Source: Mayamaea pseudoterrestris (Eukaryota). From it: DNA of 64,000 nt. The stretch covers positions 930,001 through 994,000 of the forward strand of contig BROI01000001.1 of NCBI GenBank assembly GCA_027923505.1, in the 5' to 3' direction. Position 1 is the first letter of the stretch. The number at the start of each line of letters is the position of its first letter. Positions 1 through 12,713 of this stretch are shown piece by piece. The position numbers and the translations under genes were made by a program. The notes under the pieces were generated by a model. The model did no database searches. It saw only the letters and a program-made list of their open reading frames with translations, and was not told the origin of the DNA.

Positions 1-182
1 CATATTTTGCTCGTCACCTTGCCATGAGTTTGGCAGCGGCAGAAGCGAACCAAGTGTCCGAGGCGTAAATATTTACGCTCGACCAGGTTAAAAATGTACA
101 GTTAAACAACAAACAACCATATAATGAATACTTTTGCATTTAAAAAACCTTCTACTTGTAATGTATCTACTCCATCGACTTA

Positions 183-2144
183 TTACTGACTCGTTGCTTC
201 CATCTCGACCTTTAATTGGTCGCGCAGGATACGACGCAAAATTTTGCCACTTGCCGACTTTGGGACAGCATCTACAAAGACAATGCCTCCATCCAGTCGC
301 TTAAACGGTGCCACTCGCTCCTTGACCCAGTCGTAAATTTCGTCCCGGATGGTGCTTGTTGCTTCAGTACCATCGTTCAACACAATGTATGCACGCGGCA
401 ATTCACCCGATTCATCATCTGGTTTGGGAATCACTGCGCAATCCGCGACCGACTCGTGCGTCAGCAGCAAGGATTCCAACTCGGCAGGCGCCACCGGGTA
501 GCCTCGCACCTTGATGAGTTCCTTGATTCTGTCGACCAGATAGAAAAAGCCGTCACTGTCGTAGTAGCCAACGTCGCCCGTTCGAAGCCAGCGGGACGGC
601 GACAAGCATTCCAGTGTCTTTTCCGGGTCGTCCAAGTAACCTGCGTACAAGCAAATGGTAGAGTGAGAAAGCGAGACAATTCATCGCAGTACAATCAATT
701 GTGATACTAAACAACAACGGCAATGCCACGACATACGCACCAAGCATCACTTGCGGACCATGAATCATCAATTCGCCATGCTCATTCGGACCCAAGCTCT
801 TGCCATTTGGATCAACAATCTTGCCGACCGTTGACGAAACGAGCGGTCCAATGGAGCCCGACTTGATGTTGAAATCCGAATTGATAGTTCCAATCGGCGA
901 AAGCTCGCTCATGCCCCAACCTTGCTTGACTTGGCAATTGAGTCGCGTCGTGACAGCCTTTTCCGTCTCCAATGAGAGAGGCGCCGCCGCACTCATGATC
1001 ATTTGAAGCGAAGATATATCATACTTGTCAATCAGCTTGTTCTTGGCAAGCTGAATGAGAATGGGCGGCACCAAGTGCGCGCGTTCTGGCTTGTGCGTTT
1101 CAACAAGCTGACAAAAGGTTTCCAGATCAAATCTTTTTGACATGGTAACGACCTTTTGGCCCTTCCACGCGCAGTAGAGCATGCTGACAGTAAACGCGTA
1201 AATGTGAAAAAAGGGTAGAGGGCTAATTAACGTGTGATTGGGTGCAAACGCCAAGCCTTCGGCTTGATCAACCTGCAGCAGGTTTGCGACAATGTTGGCA
1301 TGCGTGAGACAGACCCCCTTTGGCTGACCCGTCGTACCAGATGAGTACGGAAGTAAGTAAGGATGCGTGTCCGTCTTGTGATGAATCTCTTGAATCGTCT
1401 CGTCGAAAACATGTTGATGGTCTCGGTGTTGCTGAATGACACTCGTCAAGTCCATGGCTCCTTCCGGAATTGCTTCCCCTTGATCGTCCGTTACGACAAT
1501 AATGTGCTCAATGCGCGGACAATTTTTGACAGTCTCCAAGGCAACATTAAGTTTGGAAGCATGAACAATCAGAATTGACGATCGACTCTTGACGAGGACA
1601 GTTTCTAGCTCCTGCGATGTATAGAGTGGATTGATGGGTGTCATTCGCGCTCCGCAAAGAGCAACACCCAGTGCAATTGGAGCATAGTCAACATGGTTTG
1701 GACAATACAGCGCAATGCAAGAATCTTTATGAATTTTGTAATCCTGCTTTAAAGTTGCTGCCAAACCAGTTGCTGTGTTATAATAGTCGCGAAAGGTTCG
1801 CTGCAATCCGGTGCTGCCATCGACAATTGCCACTTGCTCGCTCAAGTAACCGCCATGAGGCTTCCACAGGCTCGTCACAAACTCGTAGAGTGGAGGATAA
1901 GGTCCATCCTCGATGGGAGGATATGGTCTGTAGAGTTCAAGAGTAGCTTAAATGAGAGAAGCAGGCAAACAAGACGCACCGTGACGCCAATGTTCTGCAA
2001 CGCAGAAACTCACGATGTGACAATGTTCAAGTGGCAGCGATCCGCTAGTTCCACGCCAGAACCACTCAATGATCGTACAGAATGTGAATACTGCGTCAAA
2101 ACGCGGCGAGATGCGCCAGTGATGCGATGAACGACGGCCGCCAT
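183..2144 (-). CDS. 4-coumarate-CoA ligase / luciferase-like AMP-dependent acyl-CoA synthetase (3 exons; introns ~1928-2013 and 641-740)
   Basis: ANL motifs LPYSSGTTGQPKGV, QGWGMSE, LRTGDVG, DRIKELIKVRG and PKSASGKILRR. GT..AG introns join the ORFs in frame. The N-terminus MAAVVHRITGASRRVL resembles a mitochondrial presequence. Confidence 0.9.
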
Positions 2145-2998
2145 GGTGACTTGCGCGAAAGATTTTGCGTCGAGCTCGATCCTCCGCGGTGACACTGAAC
2201 ATGTCGTAACGGCAATGAAGATCGCAATCGTGTTCAACGTCGTACGGTATGGGATAGGAGTCGCATCGAGATTTCAACCTTGGCGAGGTGCGTCGCACCC
2301 TTGCCGTGCCCTACTCGTGTACGTCGTATATAGTACAAGCAAAGGGTAGCTTTGTGAATAGCATACCAAAGCAAATGTCGTTTTTTGTCCTTTCAGTTTC
2401 CCGCAGCTCATGAACTTCGACCATAACAGTATCAGTTTGGTAGGTAGATGATTTGCCTGCAAATATCCAGCAAGATAATGCGCACCTCCAAGTTGCCGCG
2501 ACGGGAAGTTAGACTTCTGGTGCCGTAGATTGGAGTGTCTAGTGTCAGATATTACTGTGCGTCTTGCTTTTTCTATGCTCTCTATCGATTAAATGGTATC
2601 ATACGAGTACATTAGCACGAGATATTATTGTACTCCCGCGCAACTATTAGCGATACCGTAGAAAGCGTCATCAAAGTCACCTCGGAACAATATGACCGAT
2701 AGTGCTTCGTTCCATCGCGAGGAAGCATTCGTCAAACTTCGCCCGGTGCTACTCCGATACTGGATAATTCCGGTTTCGTCACGATGCCGGTTTTTCTGGC
2801 CTTATTGTCGAAGGAATGACCTTGAGGCAATAGAAATGGGTACTCATCGGAACTTTTGCTGCCTCATCGGAGACTCGCGTTTGTCCGATGCCATTTCCGC
2901 TTGGAGTGGCAAAACGCCGACGTTTCCCTCACAAAATCACTCGTTGATCCCAGTCAACCGACTCATTCGTTAATCACTTGTTAATCATCATCAGCATC

Positions 2999-3712
2999 AT
3001 GCAGACCATCATTACCCACCGACAACTCTTCAATCTTGTCCAGATTGAGTTTCCGCTTGGAGGATGTCTCAAGGATATTCTCGTTTCCACTAACAAGGAC
3101 GACGCCACTGCTGCCACTGAATGTTTCTCCGACTCGGATTCCAGTGCTGCCAAGTCAACAACTCCTCGAGGCGTCCACTTTGAATTGACTGCCAATGTCC
3201 AATACGAGCCAAGGCCGCATACATGCGACGAAGATGTTTCGACATGGTACAGCAAGTCCGAATACAAGCTCTTTCGACGACAGACGCACGCCATTGCCAA
3301 GAAGGTTGCCGCCATTGAACAACAAAACATCGCATTGCATTCCTACGAACGCACCGTTACACGCATTCACAAGGCATGCCAGGTAGCTGCTACCATGGAA
3401 GACGACGATGGAAGCATCAACTGCTTGAGCGTTGCCGACCGTCGCCACTTGAACCGATGGGCGCAAGCTGCTCCTGTTCGACACGGACTCGACAAGTGGT
3501 CACTGACCAAGCTCTCCAAAACACGCAGTCTGCAACGAAACGAGCTTCAAGCAGCCATCATTGAAATGCAAAAACGAACAATCAAGGATGAATGCTACCA
3601 CGAAAAACTGCGAGCGACAAGTGAGCGCATGTCTCGACCAGCTAGGCTCTTTTCGCATTACATGGCGGAAAGCCTTGCCAATTCGGAGGTGACTGCCCAG
3701 TTTACGGCATGA
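2999..3712 (+). CDS. Hypothetical protein of a diatom-type family (VHF...WYSxxEY...HGL pattern)
   Basis: 237-aa ORF from ATG 2999, with a pattern seen in expanded diatom hypothetical proteins; function not assignable. Confidence 0.7.
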   Translation: MQTIITHRQLFNLVQIEFPLGGCLKDILVSTNKDDATAATECFSDSDSSAAKSTTPRGVHFELTANVQYEPRPHTCDEDVSTWYSKSEYKLFRRQTHAIAKKVAAIEQQNIALHSYERTVTRIHKACQVAATMEDDDGSINCLSVADRRHLNRWAQAAPVRHGLDKWSLTKLSKTRSLQRNELQAAIIEMQKRTIKDECYHEKLRATSERMSRPARLFSHYMAESLANSEVTAQFTA

Positions 3713-3919
3713 GTAAAATACAACTTTCTGTACATAGTTTAGATTGCTTGAAAGTTTAAAACACACCATATTTACATACTTCTATGCTTGCAAGCACTAT
3801 CAACATGCGACGACTCTAGATCCTCTGTACAGTACTGTAGTACTACACGATCTCAAAACTTTGCAAAAAGTATGCAGAACTTCGTTACAATTGATTCTAC
3901 AGTGTACAGAACATGCGTT

Positions 3920-5965
3920 CTACCAAAATGGTGCCCTTCCCTTGTCAATGTTTGGCGAGTCTGGACATGGATGTTTGGATGGCTTGTCTCGGTAGTGGCA
4001 AGAGAATAATGCTTCGGTTGCGCAGCACTTGCTTCGAAAGTCATCCACACTTCCGCCACCTTCGCCTAATATCTCCTGTGTCGTATGCTGTATGCATTGG
4101 TCGTTGACAAACCACTCGTTCATTTGTCGAAAGTATAGCAGTTTATTATCCTTGTTCAAGGTCCAACTCATGTGGAAAATGATCGGATTAATTTTGCCGG
4201 CAAAGAGCGCTTTCATGTACTGGCCGGACTTTTGGTTCCATTGATAGCCGCCGGGAAATTCCTCCATGTCACGACTCAGCACCTTGACCTTGAGGCCGTA
4301 CAAGCTACTTTGCTCGTTCAAGACAGCAATCATGGCTTGCTGGTGGCTATTGGTAGCGATAATGACATCACCAGTCAGCAACAGGGTGGTCAAAAAGTGT
4401 TGCGTCCGCTTGTTATTTCGCACATAGTAAAAGCCTGAATTGGCGCTGTAGGGACTGTAGCGGACAGAAAAACCGCCATCGTCCTGAAACAAAACGTCAA
4501 ACTTTTGCATGGATGGCTCGGTATGGAAATAGTCCAGTGGGTTTCGGTACCATACAATGTCAACGTCCTGAAACAAAAAGTCGTAGCCGAGCATGGACAC
4601 AAGCTGGACGCAAATGACCTTGGCCATCATCATTGCCACGAACCGGCGATCACCGTATCGCTTTGCTGCTTCCGCAGGAAGATCTCCAAAGTTCTAACAG
4701 CGCATTATAGAAAGAAAAAAGAGATAGACGGTAAGAGCACCACTCATTGCGAGAGAAAGAGGACTATGTGCGCTGTGTACGTGTGCTTGTACCGGTCATC
4801 ATGGTGCATGTCAACGCAAAATCGACAAATCCATCATCGAGAGCACGTGGTCCGAGCACATTCAAAAGCACTCCACAGACTCAATACGTACCCTGTGATC
4901 ATAGTAAGCTTTTAATCCAACAGACTCTGCTAGATCTGCCGTCTCCTGGTCGGTCGCAAACACGATAATGTTGCTAACATCCAAGTTGCGAGACTTGGCG
5001 CTGCACACGAAATTGAGTAGCAGCTCACTCTGCCCCATGTTGCACACCATGACAATGACTGAATTCTTGGGACTGGCAACTTGCTTCAAAATTGGCGCCA
5101 GTTCCGCCTTGACTTCATCCATCGTGTCCATGAATGTGCGCATAAAGTCCCAGTGCTTGGCCTTGTCCTCCCAGGTTGGCGGCGCAAAAAAGTCGCGCCC
5201 CTTGTTCGTGTAGCCCCGACTCACTTGCACGAGCGGTTCCGCCATGTCGGTTCCTTTCTTGCTGGCTCTCATGAAGTTGAATAAATGAAAGGATTCATAC
5301 TGTGGAACAATAGCCAAACATTGCTTGCGCATGCCCGAGTGATCATTCAGCACAACGTGCAAATACTCGCAATTCTCCAGCGCCTCCTCAGCCGATAGAA
5401 GGGGACTACCGGGTATATCGGTCTTGATGTATTTCGTCGGTTGCGCATTCTTGCGTCCGTACAGCATGAGGACTTCGGAACCGCCGATTCCCGGTGCATC
5501 AAACGGTACGCCCGGATCAATGAGAGACACAAAGTCTGGCTTGTCGACGCGCGCCATGCTCACGGCAAAACGACCCATGGTATCGGTTGGAAATAGTTGA
5601 CTGGAGTGACATGTAGTAGTATCTGCGCAGTCTGTTCCACCTTCTCCGTGAAGCTTGTCGTGTGCTTCCACCTGTTGATTGACGAGTTCCATCTGATGCG
5701 CCTCCAATTCCTTGCGTATTTCCTTGACTTTGGCTTGAACTGCTTGCTCTATTACCATGCTACTCACATGATTCTGCAGTAGTTGCGAGGAGCAGTCGAG
5801 GCCGGCGTATAGTGTTGTCAATGTGCCAAGAAAAAAGCTAAAGACGCCAATGATAATGTGTGACAGTACGTAACCGACACCGCCAGAGCTGCTGCTTGAA
5901 CTATTTGCGCCGTTTCTTCCTCTCTTGCTGTTCACTGGCGAAACACCGTGAGGTAGCTGCATCAT
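3920..5965 (-). CDS. Nucleotide-diphospho-sugar transferase (GT77-like) type II membrane glycosyltransferase; intron 4694-4891
   Basis: N-terminal TM segment, LGYDFLFQDVDIVWYRNPL (DxD), ANSGFYYVR and HQQ. The intron joins DHR|NFGDLP in frame. Confidence 0.85.
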
Positions 5966-6241
5966 TGCAGGCTCTGTAGCTGCAAGGCAAGTAAAAGACG
6001 AGCCAAGGATGCGCAGGGCAATGAATGATGGATGCGCCGTTTTTGATGTTTGTCGGTCATGGTCATCTTCTGCGAACCAATCGTGACGTCATCTGCTCGG
6101 CAGGATGAATACCGCAACGACACGCAGACGTTTCGTCGACGACAGCCGAAAGATCACCTCACACGTTCGACTCGCGCAGCATCAAAGATACATTGGATTG
6201 ACTGCCTTGATTGGCTATTTATGGAAAAGATCTACAGCAAC

Positions 6242-8038
6242 ATGACAAGAGTACCAAAATCTACGCTAAGCTTGCTATTGCTAATCTTGCTCAGTCATGA
6301 TGGAGTATTTGCTTTCGCCACGTCATTTCCATCGACAACTTCGACTCCCACCATGCTCACGCCCAAATCTTTCACCAATCAAGCAGCATCAGCATCCACA
6401 ACAGCTATTCAAAGCAGCAAGAATGATGAAAACATTGAAGACAGCTTGCCTCGAGGAGGGGATGCCTTTGCCGCAGATGGCAAGTCAACTTCCTCCAAGT
6501 CTTCCTCAAAACCATCATCATCGTCATCGGCCATTTACTTGCCTGCCAACATGCCGGCACTCCCAACACTGAAACAGTTTCAAAAGTTTGCCATTCCATG
6601 TTTGGCGCTATGGATTGCTGGTCCGCTACTAAGTCTCGTCGACACTAGTTTCGTCGGCTTGTCAGGAACACCCGAGCAGAGTGCCCGTCTCTTGGCCGCC
6701 CTTGGTCCAGCGACAACCTTTTTCGATGGCGCCACCTACTTGTTTTGCTTTTTAAATGTTGCCACCACCAACTTGTACTCATCGGCGCGGGCGCAGTATG
6801 GTGAAGACAGTGACAAGGCCGAGTCGGTGGTGCGGACGGCCTCGCGCGTATCCATTCGCTGCGGACTAGGACTCATGGTGTTTCTATTGCTGACGGCGCG
6901 GCCACTGCTGAAACTGTACATTGGCACCAAGGCGGCGAGTACACCAGGCTTGCTGGATGCAGCGACGGACTATGTGCATATACGAGCGTTGAGCATGCCA
7001 ACGTCACTTTTGCTGGGTGTACTGCAGGCCAGTTTGCTCGGTGCCAAGGATAGTGTCACGCCACTCGTGGCAGTTTTGTACGCAACACTTGTCAATCTCG
7101 TTGGTGACTACGTTTTGGTCAAGCGATTAAAGATGGGTCTGCAGGGAGCAGCCATTGCCACGACGATTGCGCAGTGGGCGTCAACCTACGGTATCGTTGT
7201 TCCAGCGAAGCGACGCTTGGTTCGTGACGGAAAGCTTGGCATTTTCGTCAAAAAGGCGCAAGACAAGAACAACAAGGAACTTGTTACAACGAAAACCTTT
7301 CTTTCCTTTGCGGCTCCCGTATTGACACTGGTCATTGGAAAGCTGGCAGCCTTTGGCTTCATGACGCACAGCGCCGCCGCCGTTCCGGGTCAGCCGACAC
7401 CGCTGGCGGCGCATCAAATCATTCTCAGCATGTTGTTTTCCTGCAGTCCCTTTTTGGAAGTGATTAGCCAAACGGCGCAAACATTCTTGCCGCCATTTTT
7501 GGCTCCAGTGAATGAACATGTCGCCTTGAGCAAATCTCGCGACAAGAACTACAAGGTGGAGAACGACGCCAGAGCGCAGTCGTGGCTTCGAGTGGCCGAC
7601 AAGGTTTCGACGCAGCTACTGGGCATTGGTTTCGTGTGCGCCGCCGCCGTGGCAAGCATTGCCTCGCTGGTTCCTGCCAAGTTTAGTTACTTTTTGACGA
7701 GTGACCTGACGGTTCAAAACGCCGTCAAGCCTTTGGCCAAGTACTTGTGGATGGGTGCCTTCTTTTGGGCGCCCGTTGCCGTGGCGGAGGGTGTCTTGCT
7801 GGCCCGCCGCGAGCTTGGCTTTTTGGCGTTTGTGTACTTGTTTAGTACGGCATTATTGCCGGCTGCATTGCTGCAAGTCAAGTTCCGTCAAGGCGATGTG
7901 GGTCAAGTATGGGCGTGCTTTGTCGCCTTTCAATTATTCCGCGCGACTTGCTTTGTAGCCAAAGTCTGGGGACCAAAGCTGATCAGCAAGTTGAAGGGCG
8001 AGGTTGCTCATCCAGTGAACGGAGAAATTAAAGCGTAA
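6242..8038 (+). CDS. MATE family efflux transporter (DinF/plastid DTX-like), probably plastid-targeted
   Basis: [40 protein letters not shown] and multiple TM segments. A signal peptide ends in VFA-F. Start at ATG 6242 is inferred. Confidence 0.88.
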   Translation: MTRVPKSTLSLLLLILLSHDGVFAFATSFPSTTSTPTMLTPKSFTNQAASASTTAIQSSKNDENIEDSLPRGGDAFAADGKSTSSKSSSKPSSSSSAIYLPANMPALPTLKQFQKFAIPCLALWIAGPLLSLVDTSFVGLSGTPEQSARLLAALGPATTFFDGATYLFCFLNVATTNLYSSARAQYGEDSDKAESVVRTASRVSIRCGLGLMVFLLLTARPLLKLYIGTKAASTPGLLDAATDYVHIRALSMPTSLLLGVLQASLLGAKDSVTPLVAVLYATLVNLVGDYVLVKRLKMGLQGAAIATTIAQWASTYGIVVPAKRRLVRDGKLGIFVKKAQDKNNKELVTTKTFLSFAAPVLTLVIGKLAAFGFMTHSAAAVPGQPTPLAAHQIILSMLFSCSPFLEVISQTAQTFLPPFLAPVNEHVALSKSRDKNYKVENDARAQSWLRVADKVSTQLLGIGFVCAAAVASIASLVPAKFSYFLTSDLTVQNAVKPLAKYLWMGAFFWAPVAVAEGVLLARRELGFLAFVYLFSTALLPAALLQVKFRQGDVGQVWACFVAFQLFRATCFVAKVWGPKLISKLKGEVAHPVNGEIKA

Positions 8039-8140
8039 GAGAATTCCATTACTTCTTGGTCTGCAACGATTGTACAGCAATAATAAAATGGTTAAAGCTA
8101 GCTTTTTCATGCAAGAAAATAGTTGACTTGTTAGTCTTGT

Positions 8141-8854
8141 CTAAAACTTGAACTTGACGCGGGGATCTCGATCCACTTGCTCGTAGAGTGCGTAAAGCAT
8201 TTCGGCGCTCTGCACTGGAGCATTGACTGTGATGGAGCTCCACTTGCCGTTAACTTTAACACTGTGCTCTATTTCCTTCACGTCGGAAACTTGACAGGAC
8301 TCGGCTACGAGTGCCACCATTTCCTCGACGAATAGACCTTCGTTCAAACCGACAATCTTCATTTTGAAGAGTGTTGGGTAGTCAACGAGAGCTTCAAACA
8401 CGCGCGATTTTTCTCCAGTGTTTTCGTCTTGGTATAAAGTATAGCCTTGATCGTCATACTCTGGCTTGATTGGATTGTTCACAGGTGACCGTTCCCCAAT
8501 ACCAATGTATGGTTTAGGTGCTGGCGCAGCTGGCGCCGCCTTCTTGCCGAAACCATTGGCTTGTGACGTCGGAACGCCGTTGATGGTCGACGGCTCTGAA
8601 GCTTTTGGTCGTCGTCGTTGCTCCAATAGCTTGGATAACTCATCATCAAAAGTTTTGCTTGCTCCTTCGTTCTTGTTGTCATCATTGTCATCGCTACTGG
8701 GCACGCTGTTGAAAAATGTGCCCGCCTTTTGTGCTTCCATATTGGTGCAAGGGCCGCGCCTCCTGGCGTGGTCTGTCGGCCGAACGAATGACTGCACAGA
8801 GACGCCAAAAAATACAACAGAAAAAAGCACGAAGGAGGTAGAGCCCGTGATCAT
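8141..8854 (-). CDS. DUF493/YbeD-like domain protein, probably plastid-targeted
   Basis: C-terminal LVDYPTLFKMKIVG...GKWSSITVNAPVQSAEMLYALY...DPRVKF; signal peptide ending SVQS-F. Confidence 0.75.
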   Translation of the reverse strand: MITGSTSFVLFSVVFFGVSVQSFVRPTDHARRRGPCTNMEAQKAGTFFNSVPSSDDNDDNKNEGASKTFDDELSKLLEQRRRPKASEPSTINGVPTSQANGFGKKAAPAAPAPKPYIGIGERSPVNNPIKPEYDDQGYTLYQDENTGEKSRVFEALVDYPTLFKMKIVGLNEGLFVEEMVALVAESCQVSDVKEIEHSVKVNGKWSSITVNAPVQSAEMLYALYEQVDRDPRVKFKF

Positions 8855-9202
8855 GTCAAACCCCCTATAAAGCAAAGCAACTATAACAGCGTGCAAAGAA
8901 CAGCGCGACTCTCCCTGGGACCAAGTGCGACCACGAAAGAATCGGAATTTCGATTTTGTGGCCGCACAGCGAAGAAGAATGTGAGTGAGACGTGACGCGT
9001 TGCAAGCCGTACCGGTACTGTTTCATGACGTCATATGGCGCGGCGGGCGCGGTTCGACACACACGACTCACAGGCGCCTTGCGTCGAATCTTGAAGTTCG
9101 ACAGTCGAGGTCCGAAACGTTTCTTTTAGATTGGCATCATCATTATCATCATTGATTCGACTCGACGAGTAGATATATAACACGCGAGTCGGTACCGGCG
9201 GT

Positions 9203-10468
9203 ATGAAGAAGTATGATGCCTTGATACTGCTGCTCTTGGGTATCTTCTTGCCATCGGCTCGAGCAGCATCCATATCCATAGGCGCATATGTTGGCAGCTT
9301 TGCTGCCATTGGCTTTGCCGTCTTGGCTGGAACCATTGTCAAGCACAATAAACTCATTCCAGTGTACACGCCGGAACCAGATAGTTTGAATGGAAAAACA
9401 ATTGTCATTACTGGTGCAAACACTGGACTTGGATTAGAGTCGGCCAAACGATTGGCGGCTGGAGGTGCAAAGGTTGTCCTCACCGTTCGATCGGATGCCA
9501 AGGGAGAAGCAGCGGTGCAGGCTGTCCAAGACTTTGTCAAGAAAACCACTGGACAAGATGCTACTGCCACGTACAAGGTTTTGCATTTGAATAATTTGAA
9601 TGCTATTCGAGCAGCAGTGGCAAGCTGGGACGACATTCCAACGATTGATGTGTTGCTGAACAACGCTGGTATCTTTGGCAAAGATAAACCTACACTGACC
9701 GATGATCGCATGGAGATGTCCTTTCAAGTCAATCATCTGGGACACTTCTTTTTGACAAACTTGCTAAAGGGCAAGCTTTTGGACTCGGCCCGCATTATCA
9801 ATGTTTCCTCAGAGGCGTTTTCGTCCGTCAAGTCGCTCGACTTTGACTACGTTTGGGAACCATCACAAGAATCATATGGGTTCTTCTACAGCTATTCGCA
9901 GTCGAAACTGGCTAACACTTTGTTCACGCAAGAGTTACAGAGACGGGTCAATGCGATTGGGAAGAAATGGATAGTTTCAGCGTGTCATCCAGGCATGGTG
10001 GACACAGACATTTTTCGTGTCTTTGACACGTCGTTTTGGAAGAAACTATTCGACAAGGTTATGCAGCTAGCTGCACGATCACCGGCGCAAGGGGCATCAA
10101 CTCAAGTGTGGCTTGCGGCCAGTGCGGAAGGCAGTTTAGACGTGCGTGGACAATACCTTTACAACCAAGCAATCGTTAATCTGCACGCCTACGCCAAGGA
10201 TGAAAGCGTGGCGGAGCGACTTTGGAGGGAGAGCGAGGAGAGATCCGGACTTGTATTTGACTTGTCCATGGAACATGCAGCAACGAATCGGGAGGAGACA
10301 CAAGGTGATGCTTCGGCCGACGATTCTTTAGAGGATGGCACCGCCAAGACGGACGAAGCAAACGATGCAGATGCAGATTCGGACGAGGATGTAGGAGGCC
10401 CACTAGAGAATCTAGTTGGTACTGTTGCTGGTGTGGCGTTGGATGCGATGGCCGAACAGCTCCTATAA
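9203..10468 (+). CDS. Short-chain dehydrogenase/reductase (retinol dehydrogenase/WWOX-like)
   Basis: ITGANTGLG, LLNNAG, VNHLGHF, YSQSKLAN (YxxxK) and CHPGMVDT. Confidence 0.92.
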   Translation: MKKYDALILLLLGIFLPSARAASISIGAYVGSFAAIGFAVLAGTIVKHNKLIPVYTPEPDSLNGKTIVITGANTGLGLESAKRLAAGGAKVVLTVRSDAKGEAAVQAVQDFVKKTTGQDATATYKVLHLNNLNAIRAAVASWDDIPTIDVLLNNAGIFGKDKPTLTDDRMEMSFQVNHLGHFFLTNLLKGKLLDSARIINVSSEAFSSVKSLDFDYVWEPSQESYGFFYSYSQSKLANTLFTQELQRRVNAIGKKWIVSACHPGMVDTDIFRVFDTSFWKKLFDKVMQLAARSPAQGASTQVWLAASAEGSLDVRGQYLYNQAIVNLHAYAKDESVAERLWRESEERSGLVFDLSMEHAATNREETQGDASADDSLEDGTAKTDEANDADADSDEDVGGPLENLVGTVAGVALDAMAEQLL

Positions 10469-10864
10469 TCGGTAGTGCATCAAATAGAACAAATACACCT
10501 CATCACTTTACGACCACCAGTAGGTTGTGGCATGAAGGTGTAGCTTGCACCGTCGACGTTAATTTATAAGTAATGCTGTCACTGCCTCTCGAAAACGTAC
10601 CGAATCTCGCACACAACATTTCTTGCACGCGTGGGACACAGCTAAAATACTTGTTTCACTGGCAATGTTTAGCTCTACGTAGCGTTTGATTAACATTTAC
10701 GCTTACCAGAAGTTTTAAGAGCGCTTCGAAGTCATGCAAGATGACCTGCTGCCGTAGCGTACCTGCAGGTATGCATTAGCAGAGAGAGATGAATGATAAT
10801 TGTTTGAAGCTTAAAAAAGGCAATGCCCATCCCCGATGAATAGGAATTTGCACCCGTATTACTG

Positions 10865-12115
10865 CTACGTCTTTTCCCATTGCCTCGTTTGAGCGCTCTT
10901 GTACATGGCCAGCGCCACTCGAACATCGTCAGCCGCTCGTACTACCGTCTCATGCGCGGCCTTTCGATCCTGCTTGGCAAAAATTCGATGTATTTCACAC
11001 CACAAACCAGCAAAACCAAGAAAGAAACCACCTTGTCGGTCGTTCGAAAAAAGCTCGGTGCCATTCGGGTGTTTGGCATTGTAGAGACGCAGTCCACCCG
11101 CGCCTGGTATTTCCTTCAAAAGTCCATCGCCATGTATGATGAATTCACCTTGCGTACCAGTGATTCGAAAGAATGGGCAAACGTCATGCGCCATGGGCGC
11201 AGTCGCCAGCATGTTGCAGGAATACGTCGCTACCAATGGACCCGAGCCGTTTGGTTGCTTCAGTGGATTGTCGTTTGCATTTATACAAGGTGCATCAATT
11301 TTAAACATGGCATGCGCCAGCGTCTCTCCTTCCATTTTCAGTTGCGGCTGTAGTCCACTGCGCGTCACGGCAACCACTTCGTCAATGCGGCCCACCATTT
11401 CGCGGAGCGGCCGAATCCAGTGGAGGCCTCCATCAATGGTGATGCCGCCTCCGGCGCGCGCCAGTGATCCGCGCCATCCGAGTCCACCCGATTCGTCAAC
11501 GTCGCCACTCGTGGCATTGGTTCGCATGGATTCATAGTAGTAGGAAGCAGCCGTGACTATTGTTCCGATTGCATTCTCGTCAATCAACCGTTTCGCCAAT
11601 TGTACTTCCTGCCAGTAGGGCGACTGCTCGGCAATGACAAGCATGGGAGCCTTTGCGTCTGCAAGCTGCTGCAGAGACGCATCAACAAGCTTGTCGCACG
11701 AGTCTCGGGTTGGTGCCAATGGTTTCTCCATGACAACCATTTTGCCGCTTCCCAAACCAGTTAAAGCTTGTAGTGCCAATGTTTCGTGCAAATCATGAGG
11801 CACGGCAATGAAAATAACCTGAATTTGCTCCATGGTTGCAGTGTCGGCGATCAGCTCGTTAAGCAAAGCATATTGATTCGGCTGTTTACACGCTGAAAGA
11901 AGACTTTGGCTGGCCGGTAGCTCCGCAATCGCTTGCCGTTGCTTGGCGGACGGATCACAGAGCGCGCGAATCTCCATCTTGACGTTGCTGTTCTTCGTGC
12001 CGTCGAAGTCGCTGCTCTCATTTTCGACAGCCGTAAGGGATGCTATGGCAGCCAAGTGATGCGTTACGATTTGTCCGCAGCCGACAATGGCAAGGCCCAC
12101 TGGCGAGGAGGACAT
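10865..12115 (-). CDS. Gfo/Idh/MocA family NAD(P)-dependent oxidoreductase
   Basis: IVGCGQI, IAVPHDLH, MEKPLA, WR...AGGGITIDGGLHWI. Confidence 0.88.
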   Translation of the reverse strand: MSSSPVGLAIVGCGQIVTHHLAAIASLTAVENESSDFDGTKNSNVKMEIRALCDPSAKQRQAIAELPASQSLLSACKQPNQYALLNELIADTATMEQIQVIFIAVPHDLHETLALQALTGLGSGKMVVMEKPLAPTRDSCDKLVDASLQQLADAKAPMLVIAEQSPYWQEVQLAKRLIDENAIGTIVTAASYYYESMRTNATSGDVDESGGLGWRGSLARAGGGITIDGGLHWIRPLREMVGRIDEVVAVTRSGLQPQLKMEGETLAHAMFKIDAPCINANDNPLKQPNGSGPLVATYSCNMLATAPMAHDVCPFFRITGTQGEFIIHGDGLLKEIPGAGGLRLYNAKHPNGTELFSNDRQGGFFLGFAGLWCEIHRIFAKQDRKAAHETVVRAADDVRVALAMYKSAQTRQWEKT

Positions 12116-12237
12116 GGTTGATCTACCGGTATGGCAGGCTGGAAGGGTCAGTACTGTACATATACGAGATGGATTTGCAATGGTGTTTACTGCTGATTTT
12201 GACGGTAAATGAACGAAAGGATCGCGATGCCAGACCG

Positions 12238-12415
12238 AAAAATCAAAGTTCTTGGCACTACACTCTGGCCTATAGTTCAGAAAATCAAAGTTTTTGGCAC
12301 AACACTCTGACCCATAGTGACAATAACTTTGAAAATCAAAGTTTTTGGCAGTACACTCTGGCTTACAGTGCCAATAACTTTGAAATAAATCAAAGTTTTT
12401 GGCAGTACACTCTGA
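12238..12415 (+). repeat. Four degenerate tandem repeats (core AAATCAAAGTTTTTGGCAGTACACTCTG, period ~42-55 bp)
   Basis: Copies are visible near 12240, 12282, 12333 and 12387. Confidence 0.85.
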
Positions 12416-12713
12416 TCCACACTATTCTCCCCGGAGTACCAGTACGACTAATGACGCCCCTTGACACGCCATTCAGGACTGTAATTCATCCGGTCACGCA
12501 TGTATCGTTTCCACACTATTTTCCCCGGAGTACCAGTACGACTAATGACGCCCCTTGACACGCCATTCAGGACTGGAGCGTCCGGTAAAATGACTTTTCG
12601 TGACTAAATGTCATACTGGCACTCAAGTTTCCGTTGACGCTTCGAAGATCAGTTGAAAGCCATGCCGGCGCGGCGCGCCAGCCCGTCCAGCTGTTTCAGA
12701 GTCTGCGATTTGC

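Noticed and set aside
183..12115. Biosynthetic gene cluster (CoA ligase, glycosyltransferase, MATE, SDR, oxidoreductase)
   Set aside because: There is no scaffold-forming enzyme, the predicted compartments differ, and the adjacency is compatible with chance in a compact genome. Co-expression data would be needed.
10865..12115. Horizontal transfer of the intronless Gfo/Idh/MocA gene
   Set aside because: Many neighbouring genes are also intronless and no compositional anomaly is visible; a phylogeny is required.
12040..12558. 172-aa ORF with NQSFWQYTL repeats
   Set aside because: It is a translation of the non-coding tandem repeat and overlaps the oxidoreductase start in antisense.
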